Below, piece by piece: positions 25,551 through 38,800 of a stretch of 64,000 bases of DNA. The notes under the pieces are model-generated. The model saw nothing but the letters and a program-made list of their open reading frames with translations. It was not told where the DNA came from and searched no databases. Both the position numbers and the translations under genes were made by a program. Within the stretch, counting starts at the first letter, position 1; every line of letters starts with the position of its first letter. Location: contig CAIIXF020000001.1 of the NCBI GenBank assembly GCA_903813345.2, forward strand, positions 28,520,001 through 28,584,000, read 5' to 3'. The DNA is from Owenia fusiformis. Its lineage: Eukaryota.

Positions 25551-25953
25551 AAGCTAGCCCTACACCAATGGGACAGGATGAGACATCAGGGGAGTTGTTG
25601 AGTAAAATATTTTCAGGGGACATGAAGGGACAAGTTTGGACATTCCCAAGGGACATCAGGGGACATTGTCCCAAGTTGTCCCGGAGACATTGTCTGACTT
25701 TGTCTGATTTTGTCCCTTATGTCCCGAGAAAAAAATGAACATGTTGATTCTTTTCTTGGGATATTACTGCACAAATGAGGGGCATTTCATCACATGATGA
25801 TCATATGACCATTTTCTGACAAAATGGCGGTATATTCCAGATATCATCGGACAAAATGGGACAACGTGGAACATTGTTCCATGATGTCCGGGGGACAAGA
25901 ACTGATTAGTTGGGACAAAGTCGGACATTGTCCTATCAGTGTACGGCTAGCTT
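25551..25953. mobile_element. ~400-bp MITE with GGGACA/TGTCCC subterminal repeats
   Basis: AAGCTAGCCCTACACCAATGGGACA is imperfectly inverted as TGTCCTATCAGTGTACGGCTAGCTT. TSD is unclear. Confidence 0.75.
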
Positions 25954-26179
25954 CAATCTTCTACTTACTGTCCAAGTTACACTTGTCGGGTTGGAGTCAG
26001 TGATTGGTAAGACATGTGCTACATGTACAAGTTCGAATCTTGGGCGGATGACACATGTTATAATTTTTGGTTTTTTTTCTCCAGAACACATTTTTGATTG
26101 CTTGCTACATGACATCTAGTCATATTTTGTACTTTAGAGGGTTTCACAATATAGATGAAACAATGATATGCTGCTTTAG

Positions 26180-26655
26180 ATTAATTTAGATTAAATCTGA
26201 CTTTAGATTTTAGATTTGACCTTCAGTGACCTTCTCAAGGTCAAAAAGGTCTTTTATCAACTTGTTTCGAATTAACCAATTCTTTTTTTAAATCATCTAC
26301 AAGTTTTCAGAAGTTCAAATCTGACTAAAGATTTCAAAGTTCACCTTCTCAAAGAAAACAAGTGAGTGATTGCAAAAGTTCAACATAGAGCTAAGAATGT
26401 CAAAAAGGTCTTTTGTCAACTTGCCTCAAATTGACTATTTTTCTTTTCAAAATCATCTACAAGTTCTCAGAAGTTCAAATCTGACTAAAGATTTTAAAGT
26501 TGACCTTCTCAAGGAAAACAAGTGAGTGATTGCAAAAGTTCACCATAGAGCTAAAAATGTCAAAAAGGTCTTTTGTCAACTTGCCTCAAATTGACTATTT
26601 TTCTTTTCAAAATCATCTACAAGTTCTCAAAAGTTCACATCTGACTTAAGATTAA
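26180..26655. repeat. 160-bp tandem repeat (x3) related to the 31-42 kb element family
   Basis: AATCATCTACAAG occurs at 26291, 26451 and 26611. Shares TTGACCTTCAGTGACCTTC with the large family. Confidence 0.8.
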
Positions 26656-26878
26656 ACTCATATATTGTGAGCAACTAGGTGGTGACATTTTGTCCGTTCA
26701 GATATTGAAATTTGAATTGTAAATCATCTATTGCCTCATTTTTATCAGTTTATCTTTTTCAGATATTGAAATTTGAATTATAAAACACCCATTAATTTGC
26801 TTCATTTTTATTTAACTCTCCCTTGCTACCACTAAATCAATACATTTTAGTATTGAAACTGAAAAACATAAAACATTG

Positions 26879-27044
26879 CAGGGGTTTCATAAGCAGCAGC
26901 CAATACTAGTAGGCACTTGTTGTTTTTATCAAAATGACTCCTGTCGCTCTGCAACTGTTTCCATAAACATATTAAAACATATTTACCAATAATTTTGCCT
27001 AATGTTTTCATTTTTCTGTAATCAGAAAATGTAAGGAAACCCCT
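26879..27044. mobile_element. 166-bp MITE with 5-bp TSD
   Basis: cattg|CAGGGGTTTC...GAAACCCCTG|cattg. Confidence 0.8.
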
Positions 27045-27829
27045 GCATTGATGTGGATAGTATAAGTTATCAAAAATATCAGTGTCCTTGGAATATGAGA
27101 TGGACTTATATAATGACCATTGAATACTTTTTGAAAGTTGGTTTCAAAATACACTGAACATGTAGTAAAGACACATTGTCATGAAGGTGTCATCATGAAT
27201 ATCAAGGATATTAGAAAATAATGGTGCAAAATTGACATGCACATTCCTTGAGCTTTTTGACCACACTGTTTTATGCATTTACACTATGTTTTGGCAGGGA
27301 TTGTCAATTATTTACTATGTTCGTTATTGCTTAACTGCAAGAGGAAGCTGGCCAAATCCACAATACGTACATGTACAGCACATGTTTATTGCCAATAAAG
27401 ACTGAATCATGCATGATATATCTGTTGATAGCATGAGTCAATTCTTCTTTCAACATACAGTTCATACTTTATAATGGATCAAACTTCCGTAAGTTTGAAG
27501 TTTCATAAATGCCAAAATATGATAATTGGTTTCAAAATGGGCTTTCAATGAAAGCCCATAGTTTCGATAACAATTTCTTTCACTATTCAGTATAATAATG
27601 ATTGCTTTGAAAAACATTGCTATATTATAGATATCGTATATCGTATAAAGTTAGTTTATTAATCAGTTACTGTAGATGTCATAATTTATGCAGAGGTAAA
27701 TTTTCATGCCTTTTATATTTTCATTAATTTCGCATGTTTATATTTTCGTATTGTATATTACAGAGAAAGCTTTCTTGTTCTTCAAGTTATTTACATGTAC
27801 ATGTCCAAACATTTTCCATTATACTTAGA

Positions 27830-28320
27830 TTAGAATTCCCACATTGATTTTGGAACCTCAGCTTCTATTGTTCTCCTCAATCTTTCGAACTGTTTAGTGT
27901 CAGCCTCCCAATCATCTTTGAATTCAAGACAGAAGTTTGGAATATAACCCGGCACCACATCTCGTCTTTTTACTCCAATCACAAGTGGAATAAGTCTTGC
28001 TAGCTCTCCCGAATTAACCAGAAGACGGAATATTGTCTCCATCACAAATATTGTGAATTTATCTTCCTTGAAATCCGTGTCAAATACCACAATGAAATAT
28101 TTGCTTTTCTTTAACGCATCTGTTAGCTCGCTGAGGGAGTCTTTAATCTTTGAGTCTCTCCAAGGGAGGTAGCCACGCTGTCCCTGCTCCTCTAGTTTTC
28201 CCATGATGAATAGTGCTTTTTTTCGTGACCCCTCAGACTTCTCATTGCAGATCAACCAGAAGTCATTTTCATACTTCACCATTTGGCCCTTTAATGTCTC
28301 AACGTAAGACGAGATTACTC
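27830..28320 (-). CDS. Divergent TIR-domain protein, apparently TIR-only (150 aa from ATG 28282; exon acceptor at 28320)
   Basis: KYENDFWLIC (box 1-like), KLEEQGQRGYLPWRD (box 2-like), DALKKSKYFIVVFDTDF, RLIPLV and terminal FERLRRTI follow the TIR secondary-structure order. The upstream exon is probably near 28750-29100; its coding status is unresolved. Confidence 0.82.
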
Positions 28321-28839
28321 CTAAAAAAGAAAATATTGAATTCATTTTTCAGTGGTTTGTGTAGTATTGAATGAACAACATAATTTATTTAAGTTGTAGA
28401 ATCATTGAATTGCATATAAATAATCTTTAATCTTACTGTTTCAATAAAAAGTCGCTGCTTTAGAATGTATCTTATTATACGATATGTTTTCCACTTTGGA
28501 TTGGTGCATTTTTGTGCATTACAGGGTGGTATCGTATAGGTGGAACACTACAACTTTTAATATACATATGTAATGATTATCTTCTATGCCAAAATATTCT
28601 ACTAATATTCTATTTAATCTATTCCATTAAAAATTAAACTTCTTTATCTTAGTTTTTTATCATTGATATTGTTGATATTACATACAGCAAACAGAATAAC
28701 ATGTAGAATAGTATACAAATAGGCAGTCACTATTTGTTTTATTATATACCCTATACTGACTATTGTCCCGTTTCCTCTGCGAAGGCCAAAAAGGTTTAGA
28801 AAGCCCCCTCCCCGGGTCCATTGTTAGCATTATAAGCTG

Positions 28840-29270
28840 TGACGTCATCAGATGCTCAACAGAAATTTTTGCCTCTGAGACTCTCACTTGACAAATTCAA
28901 TGGCGTTTAACACGTGGAATAGATTATCATAACACTTGAAATTACACAGACGTATTGAGTTTAGGGAACTTTATCCACCTTGCTTATATTGTATCGTTCA
29001 CGCACGTCTGTCATGGTGAACGGAGTTGATTTGTGTTTGTGCTCATCCTCCATTTTTCTATTTTTCGTCTGCGCAGTGATGATGCGCAGACGTTTCCAAG
29101 GGTAATAGAAGTTGCAATCGTGACGTCAGCGGGCAATAGTTCAAATGTATATTCCCGCTGACGTCACATTTGAGGGAATATAACTTTCCGAGGGAAATAG
29201 TAAATCTATTTCGGAACACGTGACTAGGTATTGACCAATCAGGATTAGTGTTACATATTGGGTATATAAT
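28840..29270. promoter_or_regulatory. Probable bidirectional promoter between the TIR and ankyrin/SOCS genes
   Basis: CpG-richer patch with TGACGTCA at 28840, 29121 and 29159, CACGTGAC at 29217 and GACCAATCA at 29233, between divergent genes. Confidence 0.65.
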
Positions 29271-29831
29271 AATGAGCATTGTCAAACAGGAAGGGAAAAT
29301 GTTTAAAGTTAGTAATTACATGTACATATATAAACGTATACTATAGTGTATCACCTTGTAATCATAATGTGTAACAGTTTCGAAAGGATTTCGGTATTGG
29401 TTTCAGTTTCAGAAGTCTGATGGTGTATATACAGTAAACAGTATACAACATATAAAATTGTTCATACACAAGATTAAACATGTCAGACATGTAAAGTTAA
29501 TGATAACAACAGAAATGGAAGGCATTTTAAAGACATACATGTAAATAAGGATATGACTTTTCATATAGGCGCAGGTAGCAATAAGCTGCTTATACATGTA
29601 TGTATGACCCCAGAATCTGTCAGGGAACACCATAATTACTTTCATTGGCCTCTAAATGGCTGAGGATTTTAGAATTGATTCAAGTATTGCTGAGACGGTT
29701 GTGAAAGTTGAAATGGCAAAAAATCAAACAAATGACTGTTGTATACTGTTTCTGCTGCAGGGTATGTCAAGCCGCGTCATCAAAGATGGCAGCAGCGTGG
29801 TATCGCCTACATAGAGGACGATGATGACTGT

Positions 29832-32800
29832 ATGGACAACTTCTGTATTGGGGTCAGTGCACTCTCCATTCCAGACCAGACAGAAACCTCCAGAAACCTT
29901 AGAGAGGCAATCAAGGATGGGGACATTGCTGCTGTAATTAACATTGCCAAACAGGGTGCCAATGTGTCCAGGTTGGTATCAGGTATAAAAGGGATATGTA
30001 CTCGGTCAGATGAATCAAGGGTCCCTCCATAAAAAAGGCAGAAAAATTCTAGGGTATACTCAGGTTAAGTAAAATCATGTAATTAAAGGGGCAGACTCAA
30101 GATGATATTTGTAAAGCAGACATACATGTATAATGTACCATGTACAATGTAAATTTGTGAAATTTAAGATTAGGGGTAAAAGACAGTGTTAATTGAAGGA
30201 ATGGAAACATGGTCAGGCCTTTTATCTTGGTGAGATACTTGTAAATTAAAAATGAGGTCGATATTAAATTTTTACAACATAACATTAATGTTAAACGGCT
30301 TATACATGTACAGTACATGTACATATAACATATATAATAGACATACATGTATGACAGACAGATGTGTCATTGTTGTTCTAGATTTGTGACATGTTCATGT
30401 GAAGACTGTCTCTACAATGATGGATGTCCTGCTTCTCTACACCTCCAACCTACCACCCCTCTCATTATGTCCATAGTAGAGTCCAAAACAGACATTGCAG
30501 CAGAGTTGCTGAAGTATGGAGCTGACCCAAATATAACTAATGGTACAGTTTATTGTGTAACGATCATAGCAATTGTACTATACTGTGAAGTATCTACAGG
30601 GTGTCAAATAAATATGTTCGACCCCTTAATTTCAGTATGAACTTTTATGCATAAAGGTGCATCTACTTGAGCTAGTCATCTGAAACTTTCTTTGAGAGTT
30701 ACTCCATGAAGCCTAGATTTTATGTGCTAAAGAATAATTCAGATAACTTGCAGACAAGACATTTATGCAACATTATGTGGATGTTAAAGTTACAGAGGGA
30801 GAACATATTTATTTGACACACTGTATTTATTGCTGTTATTTTCATATTTGTTAGCCTCAATTATCTCTATTCTTAATATTATTAGGAGGCCCTCCTGAAA
30901 GGGCCTCCTATAGCTTTTGTAGCTTTTCTTTATTATTCTTCTTATTCTTATTCTATCAAAGCATTTTTCTCCTACTTCCAACTAGCTTTCAACTACCTAC
31001 TATATGATCCTACTAGGAACCTTGGCTGAAATTGGGGGGAAAATATTTTTTATCTAGGTCAAGGTCAAAGGTCAAAATCTAGGTCAAATCTAAGTTTTTC
31101 TTCAAGTTTCTCAAGTTTGTCATTATACTTCATTATTTCTTGCGATGAATTAAACTGAAACTACATTTAAGTATTCTCTACAAATTGTTCACTATATGTC
31201 AGCATTAAATTTTTACCGTTTTTGAGATATTTGACGTCAAAAAACGGTCAAAAGAGGTCATTTTTCAACTTGCTTCAATCTGACCCAATTTTTTTTCAAA
31301 ATCATCTACAAAATCCCAGGAGTCCAAATCTGACTTCAGATTTGACCTTTCACCTTTAGTTGACCTTCAGTGACCTTCGAAAGGTCAGAAAAGTTGATTT
31401 TTCAAATTGAGTCTTTGGATTCAAATTTAAGTCAGTCTAATTACAAAAAGCCTACTGAGGTCTAAAAAAGTAAAAATTTCAAGGTCAAAGGTCAAGGTCA
31501 TCAAATTAGGTCACAAACTGTGCTATCTAAGTTTCTCATAGTTCAAGACTACAAATCAATATTATTAATTGAAAGTCAACATATACATTTCTCTAAGGGT
31601 TCTACACATATTAGCAATTGACTATCTATTAAAATTTTGTCCCAGTTTTGAGATATAAGAGCTCAAAAACTGAAAAAGGTCAATTTTCGAAATTTTTAAT
31701 GTCAAATTTTAACTTGCTTCAAATCGACCAATCTTTTTTTTCAAAATCATCTACAAGTTGTCAAAAGTTCACATCTGACCCCAAATTTGGCATTTGACCT
31801 TTAGTTGACCTTCAGTGACCTTCAAAAGGTCAGAAAAGTTGATTTTTAGATTGAGGTTTTTGATTCAATTTTTTTTTAAATTAAAAGTTCTCAGGAGTTT
31901 AAATCTGACCTCAAATTTGAGGTTTCACCTTTGGTTGACCTTCAAATTATTAAAAATGCCTAAAAGGGCCTCCGTGAGATTGCTTGCAATCTTAAAAATC
32001 TAGTTATTAGGAGGCCCTCCTGAAAGGGCCTCCTATAGCTTTTGTAGCTTTTCTTTATTAGGAGGCCCTCCTGAAAGGGCCTCCTATAGCTTTTGTAGCT
32101 TTTCTTTATTAGGAGGCCCTACTGAAAGGGCCTCCTATAGCTTTTGTAGCTTTTCTTTATTCTTCTTATTCTTATTCTTATTCTATCAAAGCATTTTTCT
32201 CCTACTTCCAACTAGCTTTCAACTACTTACTATATGCTCCTACTAGGAACCTCGGCTGAAATTGGGGGGAAAGAAATTTTTATCTAGGTCAAGGTCAAAG
32301 GTCAAAATCTAGGTCAAATCTAAGTTTTTTTTCAAGTTTCTCAAGTTTGTCATTATACTTCATTATTTCTTGCGATGAATTAAACTGAAACTACATTTAA
32401 GTATTCTATACAAATTGTTCACTATATGTCAGCATTAAATTTTTACCGTTTTTGAGATATTTGACCTCAAAAAACGGTCAAAAGAGGTCATTTTTCAACT
32501 TGCTTCAATCTGACCAATTTTTTTTTCAAAAATCATCTACAAGTTCTCAGGAGTCCAAATCTGACTTCAGATTTGACCTTTGACCTTTAGTTGACCTTCA
32601 GTGACCTTCGAAAGGTCAGAAAAGTTGATTTTTCAAATTGAGTCTTTGGATTCAAATTTAGGTCAGTCTAATTACAAAAACCCTACTGAGGTCTAAAAAA
32701 GTAAAAATTTCAAGGTCAAAGGTCAAGGTCATCAAATTAGGTCACAAACTGTGCTATCTAAGTTTCTCATAGTTCTAGACTACAAATCAATATTTTTAAT

Positions 32801-35800
32801 TGAAAGTCAAGATATACATTCCTCTAAGGGTTCTACACATATTAGCAATTAACTATTTATTAAAATTTTGTCCCAGTTTTGAGATATAAGAGCTCAAAAA
32901 CTGAAAAAGGTCAATTTTTCAAAGTTTATAAGGTCAAATTTTAACTTGCTTCAAATTCACCGTACTTTTTTTTTAAAATCATCTACAACTTCTCTGGAGT
33001 TCATATTTAACCTCAGATTTGACATTTGACCTTTAGTTCACCTTCAGTGACCTTCGAAAGGTCAGAAAAGTTGATTTTTCAAATAGAGTTTTTGGGTTCA
33101 AATTTAGGATAAGCCTAATCATAAAAGACCCACTGAGCTCTAAAACAGTAAAATTTTCAAGGTCAAGGGTCACGGTTATCAAATTAGGTCAAAGGTCAAA
33201 ATCTAGGTCAAATCTGTATTTTTTTCAAGTTTCTCAACTTTGTCCTTATACTTCATTATTTCTTGCGATGAATTAAACTGAAACTACATTTTAGTATTTT
33301 CTACAAATTGTTCACTAGATGTCAGCATTAAATTTTTACCGTTTTTGAGATATTTGACGTCGAAAAACGGTCAAAGAAGTCATTTTTCAACTTGCTTCAA
33401 TCTGACCAATTTTTTTGTTAAAAATCATCTACAAGTTCTCAGGAGTTCACATCTGACTTCAGATTTGATATTTGTCCTTTAGTTGACCTTCAAATTGTCA
33501 AAAATGCCTAAGAGGGCCTCCGTGAGATTGCTTGCAATCTTAAAAGTCTAGTTCTTATTCTTTATTAGGAGGCCCTCCTGAAAGGGCCTCCTATAGCTTT
33601 TGTAGCTTTTCTTTATTCTTATTCTTCTTCTTATTCTTCTTATTCTTATTATTCTATCAAAGCATTTTTCTCCTACTTCCAACTAGCTTTCAACTACCTA
33701 CTATATGATCCTACTAGGAACCTTGGCTGAAATTGGGGGGAAAATATTTTTTATCTAGGTCAAGGTCAAAGGTCAAAATCTAGGTCAAATCTAAGTTTTT
33801 TTTCAAGTTTCTCAAGTTTGTCATTATACTTCATTATTTCTTGCGATGAATTAAACTGGAACTACATTTAAGTATTCTCTACAAATTGTTCACTATATGT
33901 CAGCATTAAATTTTTACCGTTTTTGAGATATTTGACGTCAAAAAACGGTCAAAAGAGGTCAATTTTCAACTTGCTTCAATCTGACCAATTTTTTTTTTAA
34001 AAATCATCTACAAGTTCCCAGGAGTCCGATTCTGACTTCAGATTTGACCTTTGACCTTTAGTTGACCTTCAGTGACCTTCGAAAGGTCAGAAAAGTTGAT
34101 TTTTCAAATTGAGTCTTTGGATTCAAATTTAGGTCAGTCTAATTACAAAAAACTTACTGAGGTAAAAAAAGTAAAAATTTCAAGGTCAAAGGTCAAGGTC
34201 ATCAAATTAGGTCACAAACTGTGCTATCTAAGTTTCTCATAGTTCAAGACTACAAATCAATATTTTTGATTGAAAGTCAAGATATACATTTCTCTAAGGG
34301 TTCTACACATATTAGTCATTGACTATTTATTAAAATTTTGTCCCAGTTTTGAGATATAAGAGCTCAAAAACTGAAAAAGGTCAATTTTTCGAAGTTTATA
34401 AGGTCAAATTTTAACTTGCTTCAAATTCACCCAACTTTTTTTTAAAAATCATCTACAACTTTTCAGGAGTTCATATTTAACCTCAGATTTGACATTTGAC
34501 CTTTAGTTGACCTTCAGTGACCTTCGAAAGGTCAGAAAAGTTGATTTTTCAAATTGAGTTTTTGGATTCAAATTTAGGGGAAGCCTAATCATAAAAGACC
34601 CACTGAGCTCTAAAACAGTAAAATTTTCAAGGTCAAGGGTCACGGTTATCAAATTCGGTCAAAGGTTAAAAATTAGGTCAAATCTAAATTTCATTATTTC
34701 TTGCGATGAATTAAACTGAAACTACATTTTAGTATATTCTACAAATTGTTCACTATATGTCAGCATTGAATTTTTACGAGTTTTGAGATATTTGACGTCG
34801 AAAAACGGTCAAAAAAGGTCATTTTTCAACTTGCTTCAATCTAACCAAATTTTTTTTTAAAAATCATCTACAAGTTCCCAGGAGTCCGAATCTGAATCTC
34901 ATATTTGACCTTTGACCTTTAATTGACCTTCAATGACCTTCGAAAGGTAAGAAAAGTTGATTTTTCAAATTGAGTCTTTGGATTCAAATTAGGTCAGCCT
35001 GATTACCAAAGACCTACTGATGTCTAAAAGGGTAAAACTTTTCAAGGTCAAAGGTCAAGATCATGAAATTAGGTCACAAACTGTGCTATCTAAGTTTCGC
35101 AAAGTTCGAGACTACAAACTAATATTTTTAACCCGAAGTCGAAATATACACATTCCTCTAAGGGTTCTACACATATTAGCAATTGACTATTTAATAGAAT
35201 TTTGTCCCAGTTTGAGATATAAGAGTTCAAAAGTTGAAAAAAGGTCAATTTCGAAATTTATCAAGGTCAAATTTAAACTCGCTTCAAATTGACAAAATCT
35301 TTTTTTGAAAATCATCTACAAGTTCTCAGGAGTTCACATCTGACCTCAGATTTGATATTTGTCCTTTAGTTGACCTTCAAATTGTCAAAAATGCCTAAGA
35401 GGGCCTCCGTGAGATTGCTTGCAATCTTCAAAAGTCTAGTTCTTTATTCTTATTCTTATTATTAGGAGGCCCTCCTGAAAGGGCCTCCTATAGCTTTTGT
35501 AGCTTTTCTTTATTCTTCTTTCTTCTTTATTCTTCTTCTTATTATTATTCTATCAAAGCAGTTTTCTCCTACTTTCAACTAGCTTTCAACTTTCTACTAT
35601 ATGCTCCTACTAGATACCTGGTTTGATCTTGATGGGAAAATATTTCATATCTAGGTCAAGGTCAAAGGTCAAAATCTAGGTCAAATCTAAGTTTTTTTTC
35701 AAGTTTCTCAAGTTTGTCCTTATACTTCAGTATTTCTTGCGATGAATTAAACTGAAACTACATTTAAGTATTCTCTACAAATTGTTCACTATATGTCAGC

Positions 35801-38800
35801 ATTAAATTTTTACAGTTTTTGAGATATTTGACGTCAAAAAACGGTCAAAAAAGGTCATTTTTCAACTTGCTTCAATCTGACCAAATTTTTTTTTAAAAAT
35901 CATGTACAAGTTCCCAGGAGTCCAAATCTGACCTCAAATTTGACCTATGACCCTTAGGTGACCTTCAGTGACCTTCGAAAGGTCAGAAAAGTTGATTTTT
36001 CAAATTGAGTCTTTGGATTCAAATTTAGGTCAGTCTAATTACAAAAAGCCTACTGAGGTCTAAAAAAGTAAAAATTTCAAGGTCAAAGGTCAAGGTCATG
36101 AAATTAGGTCACAAACTGTGCTATCTAAGTTTCTCATAGTTCAAGACTACAAATCAATATTTTTAATTGAAAGTCAAGATATACATTCCTCTAAGGGTTC
36201 TACACATATTAGCAATTGACTATTTATTAAAATTTTGTCCCAGTTTTGAGATATAAGAGCTCAAAAACTGAAAAAGGTCAATTTTTCAGAGTTTATAAGG
36301 TCTAATTTTAACTTGCTTCAAATTCACCCAATTTTTTTTTGAAAATCATCTACAACTTCTCAGGAGTTCATATTTAACCACAGATTTGACATTTGGCCTT
36401 TAGTTGACCTTCAGTGACCTTCGAAAGGTCAGAGAAGTTGATTTTTCAAATCGAGTTTTTGGATTCAAATTTAGGGTTAGCCTAAGCATAAAAGACCTAC
36501 TGAGCTCTAAAACAGTTATATTTTCAAGGTCAAGGGTCACGGTTATCAAATTAGGTCAAAGGTCAAAATCTAGGTCAAATCTAATATTTTTTGAGTTTCT
36601 CAACTTCGTCCTTATACTTCATTATTTCTTGCGATGAATTAAATTGAAACTACATTTTAGTATTTTCTACGAATTGTTCACTAGATGTCAGCATTAAATT
36701 TTTACCGTTTTTGAGATATTTGACGTCAAAAAACGGTCGAAAATGTCATTTTTCAACTTGCTTCAATCTGACCAATTTTTTTTTTAAAAATCATCTACAA
36801 GTTCCCATGAGTCCAAAGCTGACCTCAGATTTGAGCTTTGACCTTTAGTTGACCTTCAATGACCTTCGAAAGGTAAGAAAAGTTGATTTTTCAAATTGAG
36901 TCTTTGGATTCAAATTTTGGTCAGCCTAATTACAAAAGACCTACTTAGGTCTAAAAAAGTAAAACTTTTCAAGGTCAAAGGTCAAGATCATGAAATTAGG
37001 TCACAAACTGTGCTATCTAAGTTTCGCAAAGTTCGAGACTACAAACCAATATTTTTAATCCGAAGTTGAAATATACACATTCCTCTAAGGGTTCTACACA
37101 TAATGGCAATTGACTATCTAATAGAATTTTGTCCCAGTTTGAGATATAAGAGTTCAAAAGTTGAAAAAGGGTCAATTTCGAAATTTTCCAAGGTCAAATT
37201 TAAACTCGCTTCAAATTGACAAAATCTTTTTTTGAAAATCATCTACAAGTTCTCAGGAGTTCACATCTGACCTCAGATTTGATATTTGTCCTTTAGTTGA
37301 CCTTCAAATTGTCAAAAATGCCTAAGAGGGCCTCCCAGAGATTGCTTGCAATCTTCAAAAGTCTAGTTATTCTATCAAAGCAGTTTTCTCCTACTTTCAA
37401 CTAGCTTTCAACTTTCTACTATATGCTCCTACTAGATACCTGGTTTCATCTTGATGGGAAAATATTTCATATCTAGGTCAAGGTCAAAGGTCAAAATCTA
37501 GGTCAAATCTAAGCTTTTTTTCAAGTTTCTCAAGTTTGTCATTATACTTCATTATTTCTTGCGATGAATTAAACTGAAACTACATTTAAGTATTCTCTAC
37601 AAATTGTTCACTATATGTCAGCATTAAACTTTTACCGTTTTTGAGATATTTCACGTCAAAAAACGGTCAAAAGAGGTCATTTTTCAACTTGCTTCAATCT
37701 GACCAAATTTTTTTTTAAAAATCATCTACAAGTTCCCAGGAGTCCAAATCTGACTTCAGATTTGACCTTTGACCTTTAGTTGACCTTCAGTGACCTTCGA
37801 AAGGTCAGAAAAGTTGATTTTTCAAAACGAGTCTTTGGATTCAAATTTAGGTCAGTCTAATTACAAAAAGCCTACTGAGGTGTAAAAAATTAAAAATTTC
37901 AAGGTCAAAGGTCAAGGTCATCAAATTAGGTCACAAACTATGCTATCTAAGTTTCTCATGGTTCAAGACTACAAATCAATATTTTTAATTGAAAGTCAAG
38001 ATATACATTTCTCTAAGGGTTCTACACATATTAGTCATTGACTATTTATTAAAATTGTGTCCCAGTTTTGAGATATAAGAGCTCAAAAACTGAAAAAGGT
38101 CAATTTTTCAGAGTTTATAAGGTCAAATTTTAACTTGCTTCAAATTCACCCAATTTTTTTTTGAAAAACATCTACAACTTCTCAGGAGTTCATATTTAAC
38201 CTCAGATTTGACATTTGACCTTTAGTTGACCTTCACTGACCTTCGAAAGGTCAGAGAAGTTGAATTTTCAAATTGAGTTTTTGGATTCAAACTTAGGGTT
38301 AGCCTAAGCATAAAAGACCTACTGAGCTCTAAAACAGTAATATGTTCAAGGTCAAGGGTCACGGTTATCAAATTAGGTCAAAGGTCAAGATCTAGGTCAA
38401 ATCTAAAATTTTTTCAAGTTTCTCAACTGTGTCCTTATACTTCATTATTTCTTGCGATGAATTAAACTGAAACTACATTTTAGTATTCTCTATAAATTGT
38501 TCACTATATGTCAGCATTAAATTTTTACCGTTTTTGAGATATTTGACGTAAAAAAACGGTCAAAAAAGGTCATCTTTCAACTTGCTTCAATCCGACCAAA
38601 TTTTTTTTATAACTCATCTACAAGTTCCCAGGAGTCCAAATCTGACCTCAGGTTTGACCTTTGAACTTTAATTGACCTTCAATGACCTCCAAAAGGTAAG
38701 AAAAGTTGATTTTTTAAATTGAGTCTTTGGATTCAAATTTAGGTCAGCTTAATTACAAAAGTCCTACTGAGGTCTAAAAAAGTAAAACTTTTCAAAGTCA

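Noticed and set aside
28678-29053. Candidate coding first exons for the TIR gene (e.g. MEDEHKHK...)
   Set aside because: The donors I found are phase 0 but the TIR acceptor is phase 1; they may be UTR or uORFs.
28960-29200. NF-kB-like sites (GGGAACTTTA, GGGAATATA) near the TIR promoter
   Set aside because: None fits GGGRNWYYCC fully.
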